A DNA stretch of 64,000 nucleotides. Source: Novakomyces olei. Its lineage: Eukaryota. Positions 35,994 to 47,481 of the stretch are shown one piece after another. A program made the position numbers and the translations under genes. The notes beneath the pieces are model-generated. The model saw only the letters and a program-made list of their open reading frames with translations. It made no database searches and was not told where the DNA came from. The stretch lies in NCBI GenBank assembly GCA_016906335.1, contig JADEYG010000012.1, forward strand, positions 930,001 to 994,000, in the 5' to 3' direction. Every line of letters starts with the position of its first letter. Positions within the stretch are counted from its first letter, which is position 1.

Positions 35994-37856
35994 ATGTCAT
36001 CGAATGACACGCGGCCAAAGTCAGCATTGGGCTCAGTGCTCCAGCGGCCGAGCGGCCGCAGCTCGCCGCTGATGATGTCACGGCCTCCGAGTCGCGGCAG
36101 CTCACAATCTCCCGCGGCGCTTAGAGCCCAGCCGGCTTTGAGAAAACCTGCGGCATCAGCGACAGCAGTAGTCAGCAGCAAGCCGACACGGCTCTCAGAC
36201 TCCTCATTTCAGCAGGAGACAGGCGCCACTGAGCCTCAGCGCCGGCCTATATCAACGGCAAACTACCGTCTGTCCTCCATAGGCCTCGATGCCACAATGG
36301 ATATCAGACGTCATATAATACGATTTGCAGCTCCCGGCGATCGAAGAGTCCAGCCAAGCAAAGATTTTAATCCGCCTGTCAAAATTTCACGGCGAGACCA
36401 GGACGAGGAGGCAGCAGCAGAGACGGGAGAAGCTGTGTTTGATGAAAAAGATGCGGCTAATACGAATACTAATAATAATGGCGCTACTAATACAGGCAAG
36501 ATTGATCTGACTAAAGTAGCGCCTCATGGCGGAGCTCACATGAACAAGAAATTTGCGTTTCGTAAACGGACACGTCAAGTGTTTAAAACGGACGAGGACG
36601 CGCTGGCACTGCGATTAGAGGAACGAGTTCCGTGGGTCATTGAAGACTTTGAAAGCAGGCACACGTGGATGGGGGGAATGGAAGGCGGGCCCTCGAGTAC
36701 CGGAAATTACATGCTTTTTTGTTTTACTAATGACGGGTTTAAAGTTATGCCGGCCAGCCGGTTTTACAAGTTCACACCCAAGCAATCCTATCAAACCCTG
36801 TCTATAGATGAGGCAGAGGAGAAGATGAACCGGCGAGCACCAGTCCCGCGCTGGTTTATGCGTAAAGAAAAGGAAGAAGATGCAGAGGAAACGAAGCCGA
36901 GGCTGCGTACAGTGAATAATATCAGAGAACAAAAGGCCAAGACGCTTTGGGGCAGCGATGAAGAGCTGGATTTTAATGAGGATTTTGCGGATGATGAGGA
37001 GACACCGTATATTGAGGGCAATGAGGAGGATAACCGGGAATTAGAAGAAAGAATTAAAAAGGAAATGCTTACAGCAAACGCACTGGGTGATGCGAATGAG
37101 GCAAATGCTGATGAGGAAGATGATGAAAAGAAAAGGCAGGTTACAAAGGAGGGCAGAAGACTTAAACGGTACTTGAAGAAATTGGAAAAGAATTTAGCTT
37201 ACGAGTCGGACGACGAGTCTGACAATCCTTACGCTTCAGAGTCAGCTTCCACGGATACAGAAGCTGATGCAGAGTCTGCAAATAACCCTAATAATCCCAA
37301 TGCTGGAACTAACCCTAGCAATACTTCTCTTGGGCCACGTCGTGCTGATGACGAGGACGAGTCTCGTAACGTACGACTTGATCGGTCACTGTCAAGCAAT
37401 ACTTCGGCTTCTCAATCAGCAATAGCAACTCCAGCAGGCACAATCACTCCAGCGAGCAATGAGCCTGTGTACGATCTGGCGGCAGTTCGACAGATTCGGC
37501 CTTTCTTGGTCACTTTGAAACTTGCCAGCAACAAATTGAGGCAGTTTGCTGGCAGTTTCCCGCCTTCAAAACCCAGCGTCACTATGAGCCAGTTGAAAAG
37601 ACGTCGACCTGCAAACGAGGCACCTCGTAAACGAAGCAAGCAGAGTACAGAAGAGTCTGTGGATGCTTTGGATGATAGTAATCTCGTGACAGAGGACGAA
37701 GTCAGTAGTTTAGTGCAACAAAAACCGGTGGCAATTAAGGATTTGTTGCAATTGCTGGGTCACAAGTTTCACAAGGACAAACGTAACCGTGCACGTATCC
37801 GAGATATTTTACAAAAAGTGGCGCGGCTCGAAAACGGGCTCCTTGTGCCGAGGTGA
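35994..37856 (+). CDS. TFG1: TFIIF large subunit (RAP74)
   Basis: KVAPHGGA...FRKRTRQVF...LRLEERVPWVIEDF, GFKVMPASRFYKFTPK, TLSIDEAE, ELDFNEDFADDEE, C-terminal winged-helix-like segment. Confidence 0.93.
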   Translation: MSSNDTRPKSALGSVLQRPSGRSSPLMMSRPPSRGSSQSPAALRAQPALRKPAASATAVVSSKPTRLSDSSFQQETGATEPQRRPISTANYRLSSIGLDATMDIRRHIIRFAAPGDRRVQPSKDFNPPVKISRRDQDEEAAAETGEAVFDEKDAANTNTNNNGATNTGKIDLTKVAPHGGAHMNKKFAFRKRTRQVFKTDEDALALRLEERVPWVIEDFESRHTWMGGMEGGPSSTGNYMLFCFTNDGFKVMPASRFYKFTPKQSYQTLSIDEAEEKMNRRAPVPRWFMRKEKEEDAEETKPRLRTVNNIREQKAKTLWGSDEELDFNEDFADDEETPYIEGNEEDNRELEERIKKEMLTANALGDANEANADEEDDEKKRQVTKEGRRLKRYLKKLEKNLAYESDDESDNPYASESASTDTEADAESANNPNNPNAGTNPSNTSLGPRRADDEDESRNVRLDRSLSSNTSASQSAIATPAGTITPASNEPVYDLAAVRQIRPFLVTLKLASNKLRQFAGSFPPSKPSVTMSQLKRRRPANEAPRKRSKQSTEESVDALDDSNLVTEDEVSSLVQQKPVAIKDLLQLLGHKFHKDKRNRARIRDILQKVARLENGLLVPR

Positions 37857-38237
37857 ATACGGTTTTGGGTGTAATAAAACCAAAATATTATGGGGTTGTG
37901 TAAGAGTGATTTGCAATCTCGCGTGTAATTGAAAAACAAAGATGAATATAAGCATTTTATGAATTATTTGTTGTATTCGCCAAGTCTAGACCTTATCTAG
38001 TAGTCGTTCTACAGATGGATTAGAGTAAAACGAACTAGCGCAATGTGCTGACTATGTCTGTTGTTCTAAGCTTTACTGTCTTATTCCAATAATTTCATTC
38101 ATCCCTTGCTACAAACTTTTTTCTGTCTCTATGATCATAAATCCCCTAACCCTAATATTGACTGGTCGACGCAATATCTAGTACACTTTTGTCGCCTTAT
38201 CCTGCCCGTCAAAATGTATTTAAAACCTTATTGCAGG

Positions 38238-39444
38238 TCAAACAATTTCCATAATTTTATCATCCTCGTCCTCGCTCTCAACAAAGGCATTGTGCTCTTG
38301 CCGTACATTATCCGGATGCTCTTCACGCATAAGAGTCTGAACAATTTCGTCACATACAGCAATACATCTGTCGTCATGTGGCTCGCTACCCTTGACTGAA
38401 GCCAGCCACCGATGAAGCTCACGGATTACGGGATAAACTTTGCGGGCTCTCATGATTTCTCTGCTACGCTGCAGGGCGCCAAGTGCTAATAGAGACTCAC
38501 ACAATGCCAGACGAATATTGGAATCAGCCTCACGAGCATGAGTAACACCAGCAGCAGCTACTTTGGCTTCAATAGGGCCCATTCCTTCCGTGTCGGCCGC
38601 TGTCAAGCCTCCAGACATTAGTGGCGGGAGGCAGAGGGAGAGGACATCAACGGACGAAAATAAAGTATCATGCATTGTATAGTCAAGCGCAAAATTTCTA
38701 ATTAAACTGGCTCCTGCTCGCCGCCGCAACAAGGCTTCATTCGTAGTGCTAAACAGATCACGAAGCTGTGAAGGGTCCAGCATGACAAGTTGCTGTCTAA
38801 CGGTTTCAAAGCGTGAAGCATCTGCCAAAACATTTCCCAGAAAATCGAAATTAGTGTGAGAATTGTAGGCAAAGCTTTGAGTGTAGCATTCAGCCAGTTG
38901 CTTTAGCGCCAAGGGCAGGTCAGCCAAGATTTTTATGTTTTCGTCTTTTGCAAGATTCGATAGAAGCATGCACGCCAAATCAGCATTCTCGTTTTTACGA
39001 TCCTGCACAGTCAGAAAGAATATTGTTAGGGTTAGGGTTAATAAAGCCAAACTTGACAAAGGCATTGGCACGTACCGTAATGACGCGCAAAAGAGAGGAA
39101 AGAAACAGTTTGTCGCAACATTGTCGTTGCACTTTAGCGTCTTGCGAAAGATTTATTAAACATGTTAAAGCCGCTTTTGCTGTACTCTTGTAAAAATAAG
39201 CATGATTCGTCAATAGAACGTCGAGTTTGATACCGAATGATCGTGAATTAATAGCTTCAAATCACGAATTGGACGGTCGCCATCAACGGCGAATATGCTA
39301 GGTTCTTTCTGTGAAAATGGTATTAAATTATGAGCTGCTAGAGCACGAACTGCCGGCGTTGGATCGTGTAAAAACCCGACTAACTGTTGGATAAGATTTG
39401 AATAACGGTACAAGAGACTTTACCTCGATAAGCTCTTTTTGCAT
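38238..39444 (-). CDS. HGH1: eEF2 chaperone Hgh1; 3 introns
   Basis: MQKELIE|LVGFLHDP..., LINLSQD, ADLACMLLSNLAK, FDFLGNVLADASRF, RRAGASLIRNFAL, SREIMRARKVYPVIRELH, DEDDKIMEIV. Confidence 0.92.
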
Positions 39445-40324
39445 TGCAAAAAATAATCTTTTTAGCGAGACGATGCAATCTGACAGAATTCACAAAGTTT
39501 AAGAATAAGATGATCAGTACAGAGGCCGTCAAGCTTTGAAGTAAATCTTATATGCCAAATGTTTTTTGCCAGTGCCTGCTTAATGACAAATTACTGAATT
39601 AATCTGAGTGAACGATGACAAAAAAGTAAGCTCACTTGAATTCATAGATAATAGAAGAGTTTATCACTGTGTATTTATTTTTTTGTACTATGTATTAACA
39701 ATAATTTAATTGCTTTTTTAAGCACATTTACACTTTACATGTACATCGAAAATACTTATCGGCGGCTGTTCGCCGTGTTTCGCACTGATTGGCTACTTTT
39801 AGTGCTTTCACAACGCATCGCTCCTGAACGAAGGCATTTATATAGATTTTAAAGGAAAAAGAAATTAATTTTATTTCATGAATAGTTGGTTTTAAAATCT
39901 CGCTCTCTGCAATGCTACAATTTTGTATTAATGAGAAATCTGAATGTACGCCTTTAACCAACACATTTGCTTAATGCTTGCTAATTCCAATTCGTCTATC
40001 AGTCCGTAGACTTGGTTTGACTTTGAGACTATCCTCAATATTATTTTCTTTAATGTCTAATATTGTCTTGTCTTCAATGTGCAATGCCGTCCATGTACAA
40101 AACATCCATTACTTTACTAGCAGGAACGACACCTGCAAAAAATTATAAGCTGCTAAAACGCTAAACATTCTCATATGCTGATATCACAACAAGGGAAATG
40201 TAAAGAAACAAAAAAAAACAGCACCGTGTGGCTAACTCCATAAAATGAATCCATGATATAATGATTCAGAATAAAATAAAACAAACGCCTAGCGTACGAC
40301 CAATGATCGCACTAGCAAACCCAG

Positions 40325-41059
40325 CTAGTAAAACAGACTATTGCCATCTTCGTTTCCCAAATGCAGCCCCACCAGGATCTGCTTCCGAGAAGGCAAACTG
40401 TATTCTGGCCGCAATGCATGTATAAATTTCACAAAGTCAGGATTATCGACAATGGTAATGGGGAACCCGGCACGGGAAATGAACTGTAAAAGGCATTCGT
40501 TAACGTGCCGCTCTTTCTCTGGAGAGATACCGTCTGTCCAGGCGGTCGCTTCTAAGCCGTGTTCACCATTCTCGGCTAACGCTGCAGCCTCCCGTGGCTT
40601 GCCTGGTTTTCGATTCCGGCGCAATTGGCCATTTTTACCATGCTCCGTTGCATTATCCAACCCTTCGATTGCCCCTCGTCCATTCAAGCGTCTTGGTGAC
40701 GCCTTTTCTGATATTTCCCCAGCTAATACAGCAATCGCTGCAGAAGCAGGATCCTGAGATCCGTGAGCAGCAGCTGCAGCAGCAGCTGCTGCGGCCTCAA
40801 TTGTAGTCGGCGACCCCAAGTATTCATTCAGAGTTGTAACTGGGCCGCGTTTACGACCCCGAGTTTCCTGTAATCGCTGTACCATTTCGTCTCTTATACT
40901 GCTTGGAACATTAGCACAGCGACGAGCTAGATGTTTAAGCAACCGGCTCAAATCTAATCCAGCCCAACGGTGACGACAGTATGTGCATTCTGTAAAGCGT
41001 AAGCTGCCTTCCAACACGGAATTTGCGTGAAGCCATGCGGGGTCTTTTTGTGCTGGCAT
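40325..41059 (-). CDS. BED zinc-finger protein derived from the N-terminal part of a hAT transposase
   Basis: KDPAWLH...CTYC...RLLKHLARRC (BED); C-terminal FISRAGFPITIVDNPDFVKFIHALRPEYSLPSRKQI resembles the hAT segment that precedes the catalytic domain. Confidence 0.8.
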   Translation of the reverse strand: MPAQKDPAWLHANSVLEGSLRFTECTYCRHRWAGLDLSRLLKHLARRCANVPSSIRDEMVQRLQETRGRKRGPVTTLNEYLGSPTTIEAAAAAAAAAAHGSQDPASAAIAVLAGEISEKASPRRLNGRGAIEGLDNATEHGKNGQLRRNRKPGKPREAAALAENGEHGLEATAWTDGISPEKERHVNECLLQFISRAGFPITIVDNPDFVKFIHALRPEYSLPSRKQILVGLHLGNEDGNSLFY

Positions 41060-41174
41060 CCGGGGGAACTGATGATGACAATGAATATTGTTGTAATAAT
41101 ATAGATAATATGAATAATAACAAAAACCAAATAATAATAATAATAATAAAAATAATAAAAATAATAAAAATAAG

Positions 41175-41194
41175 TAGGGTTAGGGTTAGGGTTA
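41175..41194. promoter_or_regulatory. Telobox (TTAGGG)~3 upstream of the BED gene
   Basis: TAGGGTTAGGGTTAGGGTTA about 115 bp upstream of ATG 41059. Confidence 0.6.
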
Positions 41195-41568
41195 AATTTG
41201 AAATATTATTTTATATTATTACACGATATAATTACAATTTGAAAAACCGGGTTATAAATAATCCGGGGTCCAAAACGGTTCGTTGGGTAATCAACAGCCG
41301 CATAATTTTAAGGACAACGCTCCTGCATGCTGGCGATCGCTTACAGAGCAAAAGCACGTATGCCTGGCCAATGCTACTATGTTTCCATACGATAAACCTA
41401 CATTTATCACTTGTTCATTTGAGCCAAACAATGATCGTCGTCTGACTGTGTGAAAGGGGAACGTTTGTAACAGCGCCCAGAGTCGTCAAACGGAATCCTT
41501 TCCATGACAATTCCTTGGGGAAATTTTAGCTTTATATAAAAACAGTCATTCTAAATTACTAATCAAGC

Positions 41569-42909
41569 TTACAGCGGCAGCTCAAATTGCACGTTTGTAT
41601 CCATATCACGGGCCAGTTGCACGATATTGCTAAATTTTACCGCACGCAAAGCCGCCTCGTCGAGGTCATTAAAGCTGAAAATCTTAAGACCAGACGCGTT
41701 GATCATCTCTTGTGCTGCCTCCTGCTTTGTGCCCTGCAGACGGCAGATGATTGGAATACGCAAATTCATCTCGTTCACCACATCAATAAGGCCCTTGGCG
41801 ATATGATCACAGCGCACAATACCGCCAAAAATATTGACAAAAATAGCCGATACCTTGGGGTCTTTGGTGATTAGGGAAAATGCTTCTTTAATAGCATTAG
41901 CATTAGCAGATCCTCCAACGTCCAAAAAGTTTGCGGGCTCTCCACCGTTAAGCTTGATGATATCCATAGTAGCCATTGCCAGCCCAGCACCGTTTACAAG
42001 GCATCCAATGCTACCGTCCAGCTTGATAAAATTTAACCCAAATTCACCAGCGGCAACTTCGTCCGGATCCTCCTGGGATTTATCGCGCAGAGCAAAGATA
42101 TCAGGCTGCCGAAACTCGGCATTGTCATCAAAGTTCAGCTTTGCATCCATGGCCAGGACTCGATGATCCACAGACTCGGCCATAGGGTTGATCTCAACCT
42201 GGGTGGCATCTGTCTCCTTGAACAAGCGCCACAGGTTTCGCAGTGTGGCGCGTGCTTCGTTACGCGTACGTGGGGAAAATTCCATACGCGTAACAAGCAT
42301 ATCCGCCACGTCATCGGTAATCCCCTGCTCCAAGTCTACGTCAACACTAACAATAGCCTCAGGGTTTTCTTTAGCCACTGCCTCAATGTCCACACCGCCT
42401 TGGGACGAGGCCACTACCATGGGGCTCTGTGTAGCACGGTTCATGAGAATGGCAAAGTAGAGTTCTCGCCGGGCAAACTTGCGCTGACAAACGTACACCA
42501 AATTGCAGATTTTGCCTTGCGCTCCAGTCTGCTTGGTCACCAATGTCTCGCCAATCATACTGCTGGCTGCCTCCTGTGCCTCTTGTGGCGAATACACAAT
42601 ATGCACTCCGCCCTTATAGCCATTGGAGAAGGTTCCTTTACCACGTCCACCAGCCAGAACCTGAGCCTTAACTACCACGTCATCGCTGTTCAGTGACTCT
42701 GCAATTTTGGCTGCTTCTTCGCCCGTACGAGCAGCTGCGCCTTTGGGTACCCCGACACCGTACTTGCTCAACAGCTGCGCCGACAAGTACTCGTGGATAG
42801 CCAAATGCCGTTTTTGCTGCACAAGATTCACGCTGTTTCCCGTACGCAGTACCCGCGTCGGGAGGCGATGACTGCGTAAAAGAGCGCCTCGACTCGCCAA
42901 GAGATGCAT
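41569..42909 (-). CDS. LSC2: Succinyl-CoA ligase beta subunit, mitochondrial
   Basis: HLAIHEY, KAQVLAGGRGKG, EINP, DAKLNFDDNAEFRQ, GCLVNGAGLAMATMD, PANFLDVGG, VNIFGGIVRCD; first ATG 42909. Confidence 0.97.
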   Translation of the reverse strand: MHLLASRGALLRSHRLPTRVLRTGNSVNLVQQKRHLAIHEYLSAQLLSKYGVGVPKGAAARTGEEAAKIAESLNSDDVVVKAQVLAGGRGKGTFSNGYKGGVHIVYSPQEAQEAASSMIGETLVTKQTGAQGKICNLVYVCQRKFARRELYFAILMNRATQSPMVVASSQGGVDIEAVAKENPEAIVSVDVDLEQGITDDVADMLVTRMEFSPRTRNEARATLRNLWRLFKETDATQVEINPMAESVDHRVLAMDAKLNFDDNAEFRQPDIFALRDKSQEDPDEVAAGEFGLNFIKLDGSIGCLVNGAGLAMATMDIIKLNGGEPANFLDVGGSANANAIKEAFSLITKDPKVSAIFVNIFGGIVRCDHIAKGLIDVVNEMNLRIPIICRLQGTKQEAAQEMINASGLKIFSFNDLDEAALRAVKFSNIVQLARDMDTNVQFELPL

Positions 42910-43449
42910 TTCTTTTGCTCTTTTTTTTTTTTTTTTTTTCGGTGGTGCCAACGAGCGGATCGCTGTCGCTATGTATACAATAAAATGCTCACGCGCTCCA
43001 CCCGTGAGATTTTGGTAGTTAGGGTTTTCGTGTTTGTAGAGGAAAAGCTATGGAAGGGTATATTTAACAAACTGGCACACGTGCAACGAAAACTGTACAG
43101 ATACATTACTTGCACAGATTATTTTATCGCGTATGAACACGGGCCCCGTGAGTATTCCACGATGCACGAGACGCTGATTTCTGTGGCAGTGTGAACCGTT
43201 CAACGCGATTCTTCATACAAAGCCGAACCGTCCGCGCTGCCTGTCATTGAGCATTTGATCGGCAAATAGGGCGAGTACAAAGATTGTCAATGTAAGCATT
43301 TCCATTAAGGTCTCTGCTACTGTAGTCGTGCAGTACCCTTCTATCCAACCACCTTACAAGTCCTTTGCCAATCGATACTAATATCACACAGACCTTTTGA
43401 TTCAAGCAGCATTATACCCTCACTCAGTATGCCTTCGGCTCAGTAGCTA

Positions 43450-44798
43450 ATGGCCTCGCTCTTATCTTCGCTCTTCCGTCGCGGAGACGGTGCGTCAGAG
43501 TACGAACGCGAACTGTCAAACTTGGCTCAACGCGTCACTCAGTATGAAGAGAGGATCCTTCTCCATCGCTCACGTGGCCGCCGCTGGCAGGGATTATGGA
43601 CGGTTTACACGGGTGCTGCTTACGCTATATACACTATAATATGGGCCATTTTCTTTGTACGCGATGTACAGCTCTTTGAAGTTTGGCTCACAAGACTGGC
43701 GATCGTGGTTGCTTCACCGTTTGCTATTTACGCTGTACGTCGGTTTCTCTCGTGGTACTTTGCGCGCAAAATTAGTGCAGATGGTATTCCTAGTCCCGCT
43801 TGCCTTTTAGTTTATACGGATCTTATTTTACATGAATTTTTGTCTTGACGGATCATTAATACTGCTGTGTCCTTGCGTGCTACCCTCTATCTTGATCATT
43901 GTTGATTACTGTGCAATATATACGGCGTGAAGTAGTAGTCTTGTGCCTACCTTGAATCCTTTAATGGTTTAATCTCTTACCCTTTCACTAACACGGAAAA
44001 ACAGAAACTGCTCTCGAATTAGCTCAAGTAAAGCTACGCGAAAAAGTCGAGCAGGTCAAACAGAAAACTAATTTTTACTCTACACAAAGCCTTATTGATC
44101 GTTACGCTACCCCGTCACCTGGCAAGAAACGCGATTCTTCGGCTGCGGCGAGAGGTGATTCTCGTAACTCTCCCAGTCGTGGACCGACTGCTGCTAATCG
44201 GGGGGTTTCTTCTCCAAGTACTCCGCTCGCACGTCGTGGCCCGTCTTCGCCTGCTTTGGTCAATGACGCTTCTGAAAGTTCTTTTTCCTCTGCCAAAGGC
44301 GGTGGCGGGCTGCCTTTGCAGACCGCTGGACAGATTGGTTCTTCCGCTTCGTGGCCGGTTGTTAGTACTACGAGCCATTGGTACGATCGGCTATTTGATG
44401 TTGTCCTGGGCGAAGATGAGACTTCACCACGAGCCCGCCAGGCCCTTATATGCCGACGTTGTTATGCCCACAATGGACTAGCACCAGCTGGGGAAAATGC
44501 GAATAAAGTTCGGTATATTTGTCCGCGCTGTGGAACGTGGAACGGTAGTGCTCCTGATGCTTCAGCTCAGGAAGAAGCCAGTGATGAAGCAGAAAAGGCA
44601 TCAGATCCCGAGGTTACTGGTGCAGAGTCTGAAAAATCAGAGTTGGAGGGCGTAATAGAGCCTGAGCAAGAAGAGCCACCGCCTGTTTTGCCCGTGGATG
44701 TAAGCGAGTCAACTGACCCGTCTGGGTCGGATACGGGTAAGGCCACCGGTGCGTATTCCAAAGACCATAAATCGACACAGAGACGTACCCGGCGGTAA
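43450..44798 (+). CDS. LNP1: ER junction protein lunapark; one intron ~43783-44003
   Basis: N-terminal coiled coil and two TMs, KQKTNFYSTQSLIDRY, WYDRLFDVVLGEDE, ALICRRCYAHNGLA...YICPRCG zinc finger. Confidence 0.95.
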
Positions 44799-45089
44799 GA
44801 CGGGGATCATTCATTTACATCATATGAGGCATACAATAGAGAATGAGAAAAACTTTGGTGTTTGCATTTATCAAAGCTCTTGAATATTTTAATATGATTT
44901 ATGTACGACCAAGTACGCGGGCAAACACGGAGAATCAATGCATGAGCATAGCTTTGTAGACGGTACGGTCCAGCAACTGTTTTAGCGAGCGCAGTGTATA
45001 TGCAACGGCAAACAGTGTAAATTAATCAGCCTGACTACGGCCTGGTAACCCTAACCATCCCTATTTCCAAAGTATATACAAACCAGAAT

Positions 45090-45729
45090 CTATAGCACGG
45101 CAACATGAGTCGCGAAGCGGCTGCCATGCATGGCAAGCGCATGAAAAAGACGGTGGCAGCGTAGTGCTTCGTCCAAATCGGCCACGTGTGCCACCGTTAC
45201 CGTGGGCGAACGAACAATTCGCGTGGATGGTACAGGAACACGTAAGCCCAACAATTCTGACGAAGGAATTGTATACGTGGCGTACTGAACCGGAGCCAAC
45301 TTGACGCCAATATCGTGTGCGGGAAAGTTGATGAGAAGCAAACGCGGGTAGCGTTCTGCGTCACAGGCTGACTGAGCGAAATCGGGCTTTTTGTAAGGGA
45401 AATCCGGGTGCTTTGAGATGCGAGTGAAGAAGGACAATCGGGCCTGTTCAAACCGTGTTTGATCAGTTACTCGAGTAATTTCAATGCCGCGTTCCCCGGC
45501 AGAGGCAGATGCAGCCTTTTGCCATTCTAATGCCTCCTGCGCCTGGTTGAAGTATAAGCAGGCACTCATTGGCTGGCACAACGGCCGTAATACTAGTGCT
45601 GTTAGCAGTAATCACAAACAAAACGGGTACAGTACCACGAGCAGGAGCAATTTGGGCACTGCTACCGAGGCGCAAAAGGTCTGGAGGCAATAAATCGCAT
45701 ATCGGCAGCCGCAAAAGCAGCGCCGACAT
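45090..45729 (-). CDS. Hypothetical ~198-aa protein; one intron joins ORFs 45481-45729 and 45090-45581
   Basis: GTACTG donor, GCTAAC branch and CTAG acceptor keep frame (..QIAPAR|VLRPLCQPM..); no family recognised. Confidence 0.65.
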
Positions 45730-46180
45730 GAAAAGTAGATTCAGTAGATTGCCAGATTACAGTTCCATATAGATTAATTCTGGTCTAATAAAAAGTACAG
45801 TACACTCTGCAGGCAGTGGATACGTATTGATACGCGAAGAATAAATTACACTGATAAGAATCTCCTCGCGGACCAAACACTGACGCGAACACTGACACGA
45901 AATGTCTATAATTTATATAGTTTATAAAACTTTTGAATCCACTTTTGCCAAATGAGCTGATTCTGTATTTTTTGTTTCATACAGCGATTGGAAACAGCCA
46001 TTTCTACTATTTTACAAAGGACAATATGTGTGTGGGAGGCGTGTATATACTGCGTACAATTGTCGTTCATAATCATAAAATTATTGCTATTATGCTATAT
46101 TATTGCCATATTACTGCTATATTATTTATATATTATTGCTATATTACCGCCATCACATAAACTGAAATAGCACAGCCTTT

Positions 46181-46200
46181 ACCCTACCCTAACAGTCACG
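46181..46200 (+). promoter_or_regulatory. Homol E box (ACCCTACCCT) plus Homol D box (CAGTCACG)
   Basis: Exact matches at 46181-46190 and 46193-46200, ~55-75 bp upstream of the RPS6 ATG. Confidence 0.85.
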
Positions 46201-46254
46201 CAGGCCACAACATTAACAGTGAATCGGCAAACAGCACAGCATACATTAGCCAAC

Positions 46255-46974
46255 ATGAAGTTGAACATTTCATACCCCGCGAATGGGTCGCAAAAGCTGA
46301 TTGAAATTGACGATGAGCGCCGTCTGCGCGTTTTTATGGAGAAGCGTATGGGTCAAGAAGTCCCGGGTGACTCGGTCGGTGACGAATTCAAAGGCTACGT
46401 TTTCAAAATTACCGGTGGAAACGACAAGCAAGGTTTCCCCATGTTCCAAGGTGTGCTGCAGCCAAACCGTGTTCGCCTGCTGCTCCGCGCAGGACACCCT
46501 TGCTACCGCCCGCGTCGCCGCGGAGAGCGTAAGCGCAAGTCTGTCCGTGGCTGTATCGTTTCTTCTGATCTCTCCGTCCTGGCTCTTGCAATTGTGAAGC
46601 AAGGCGAGCAAGAGATTCCAGGTCTTACTGATGTTGTTCACCCTAAGCGCCTTGGACCCAAGCGTGCTACACGCATCCGCCGCTTCTTCAATTTGAGCGC
46701 AGAGGATGATGTGCGCCAATTCGTTATCCGTCGCGAGGTTCAGCCCAAGGGAGAGGGCAAGAAGCCATACACAAAGGCCCCCAAGATTCAACGTTTGGTA
46801 ACTCCTCAGCGCCTGCAACGCAAGCGCCATCACATTGCACTGAAGCGCCGCCGCGCAGAGGCAAACAAGGAGGCGGCTGCCGAGTTTTCTGCTTTGCTTT
46901 CCAAGCGTATCGGCGAGGAGAAGGCGGTCAAGGAGGAGATCAAGAAGCGACGGCTTTCTAGCATGCATAAGTGA
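46255..46974 (+). CDS. RPS6: 40S ribosomal protein S6 (eS6), intronless
   Basis: [21 protein letters not shown]...[10 protein letters not shown]...[11 protein letters not shown]...[11 protein letters not shown]...RRLSS. Confidence 0.99.
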   Translation: MKLNISYPANGSQKLIEIDDERRLRVFMEKRMGQEVPGDSVGDEFKGYVFKITGGNDKQGFPMFQGVLQPNRVRLLLRAGHPCYRPRRRGERKRKSVRGCIVSSDLSVLALAIVKQGEQEIPGLTDVVHPKRLGPKRATRIRRFFNLSAEDDVRQFVIRREVQPKGEGKKPYTKAPKIQRLVTPQRLQRKRHHIALKRRRAEANKEAAAEFSALLSKRIGEEKAVKEEIKKRRLSSMHK

Positions 46975-47481
46975 GCCTGTGGACTCTAGAAAACTAAAAA
47001 AGTACATGACATCGTTGGGATAGATACCACGCCATCGTACCTGCAGCTGCAGTAATGTTCATTTGGCTTTGTATTCTGCAATTCATATATATATATCTAC
47101 CTTTTTCCATTCGTAAAATGCAAGCGATTAGCGCGGTTTGTAAAGCGGGCTTGATTGTATTCAGAGTAGTAGTCTCAATGTTTGGGCAAACGAAGCCTTG
47201 AGACTGGGTCAATTTCAAGAAACATGTCAGCACGCGATAGGTCTTATTTGCAAACAATTAATACCCACAATACTAATAATTTTAAACACTAATAATATAA
47301 AATACTCTAATATACAAGACACATTCAAGCGTATTTCCCAATATATAAATGTTGCTAGTATTATACCAAATTATATATATATATAGTGAAACCAACGCAT
47401 TTATTGCGACCGCATTTAATGATACAAACAGCCTTCTTAATTCCATTCACCATTCATTAAACATAATTAAGCGGCGACATT

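Noticed and set aside
42910-42951. Poly-Lys N-terminal extension of LSC2 in the ORF track
   Set aside because: Starts at a non-ATG codon and translates a poly-A tract; ATG 42909 gives a typical mitochondrial presequence.
45046-45056. TAACCCTAACC as a telomerase RNA template
   Set aside because: Many similar teloboxes occur in the window, and it sits in a ~290 bp gap between convergent genes, too small for a fungal TER.
46270-47007. 245-aa antisense ORF over RPS6 (and similar antisense ORFs over HAM1-like, LSC2 and TOM1)
   Set aside because: Shadow ORFs expected from codon bias of the sense gene; no motifs.
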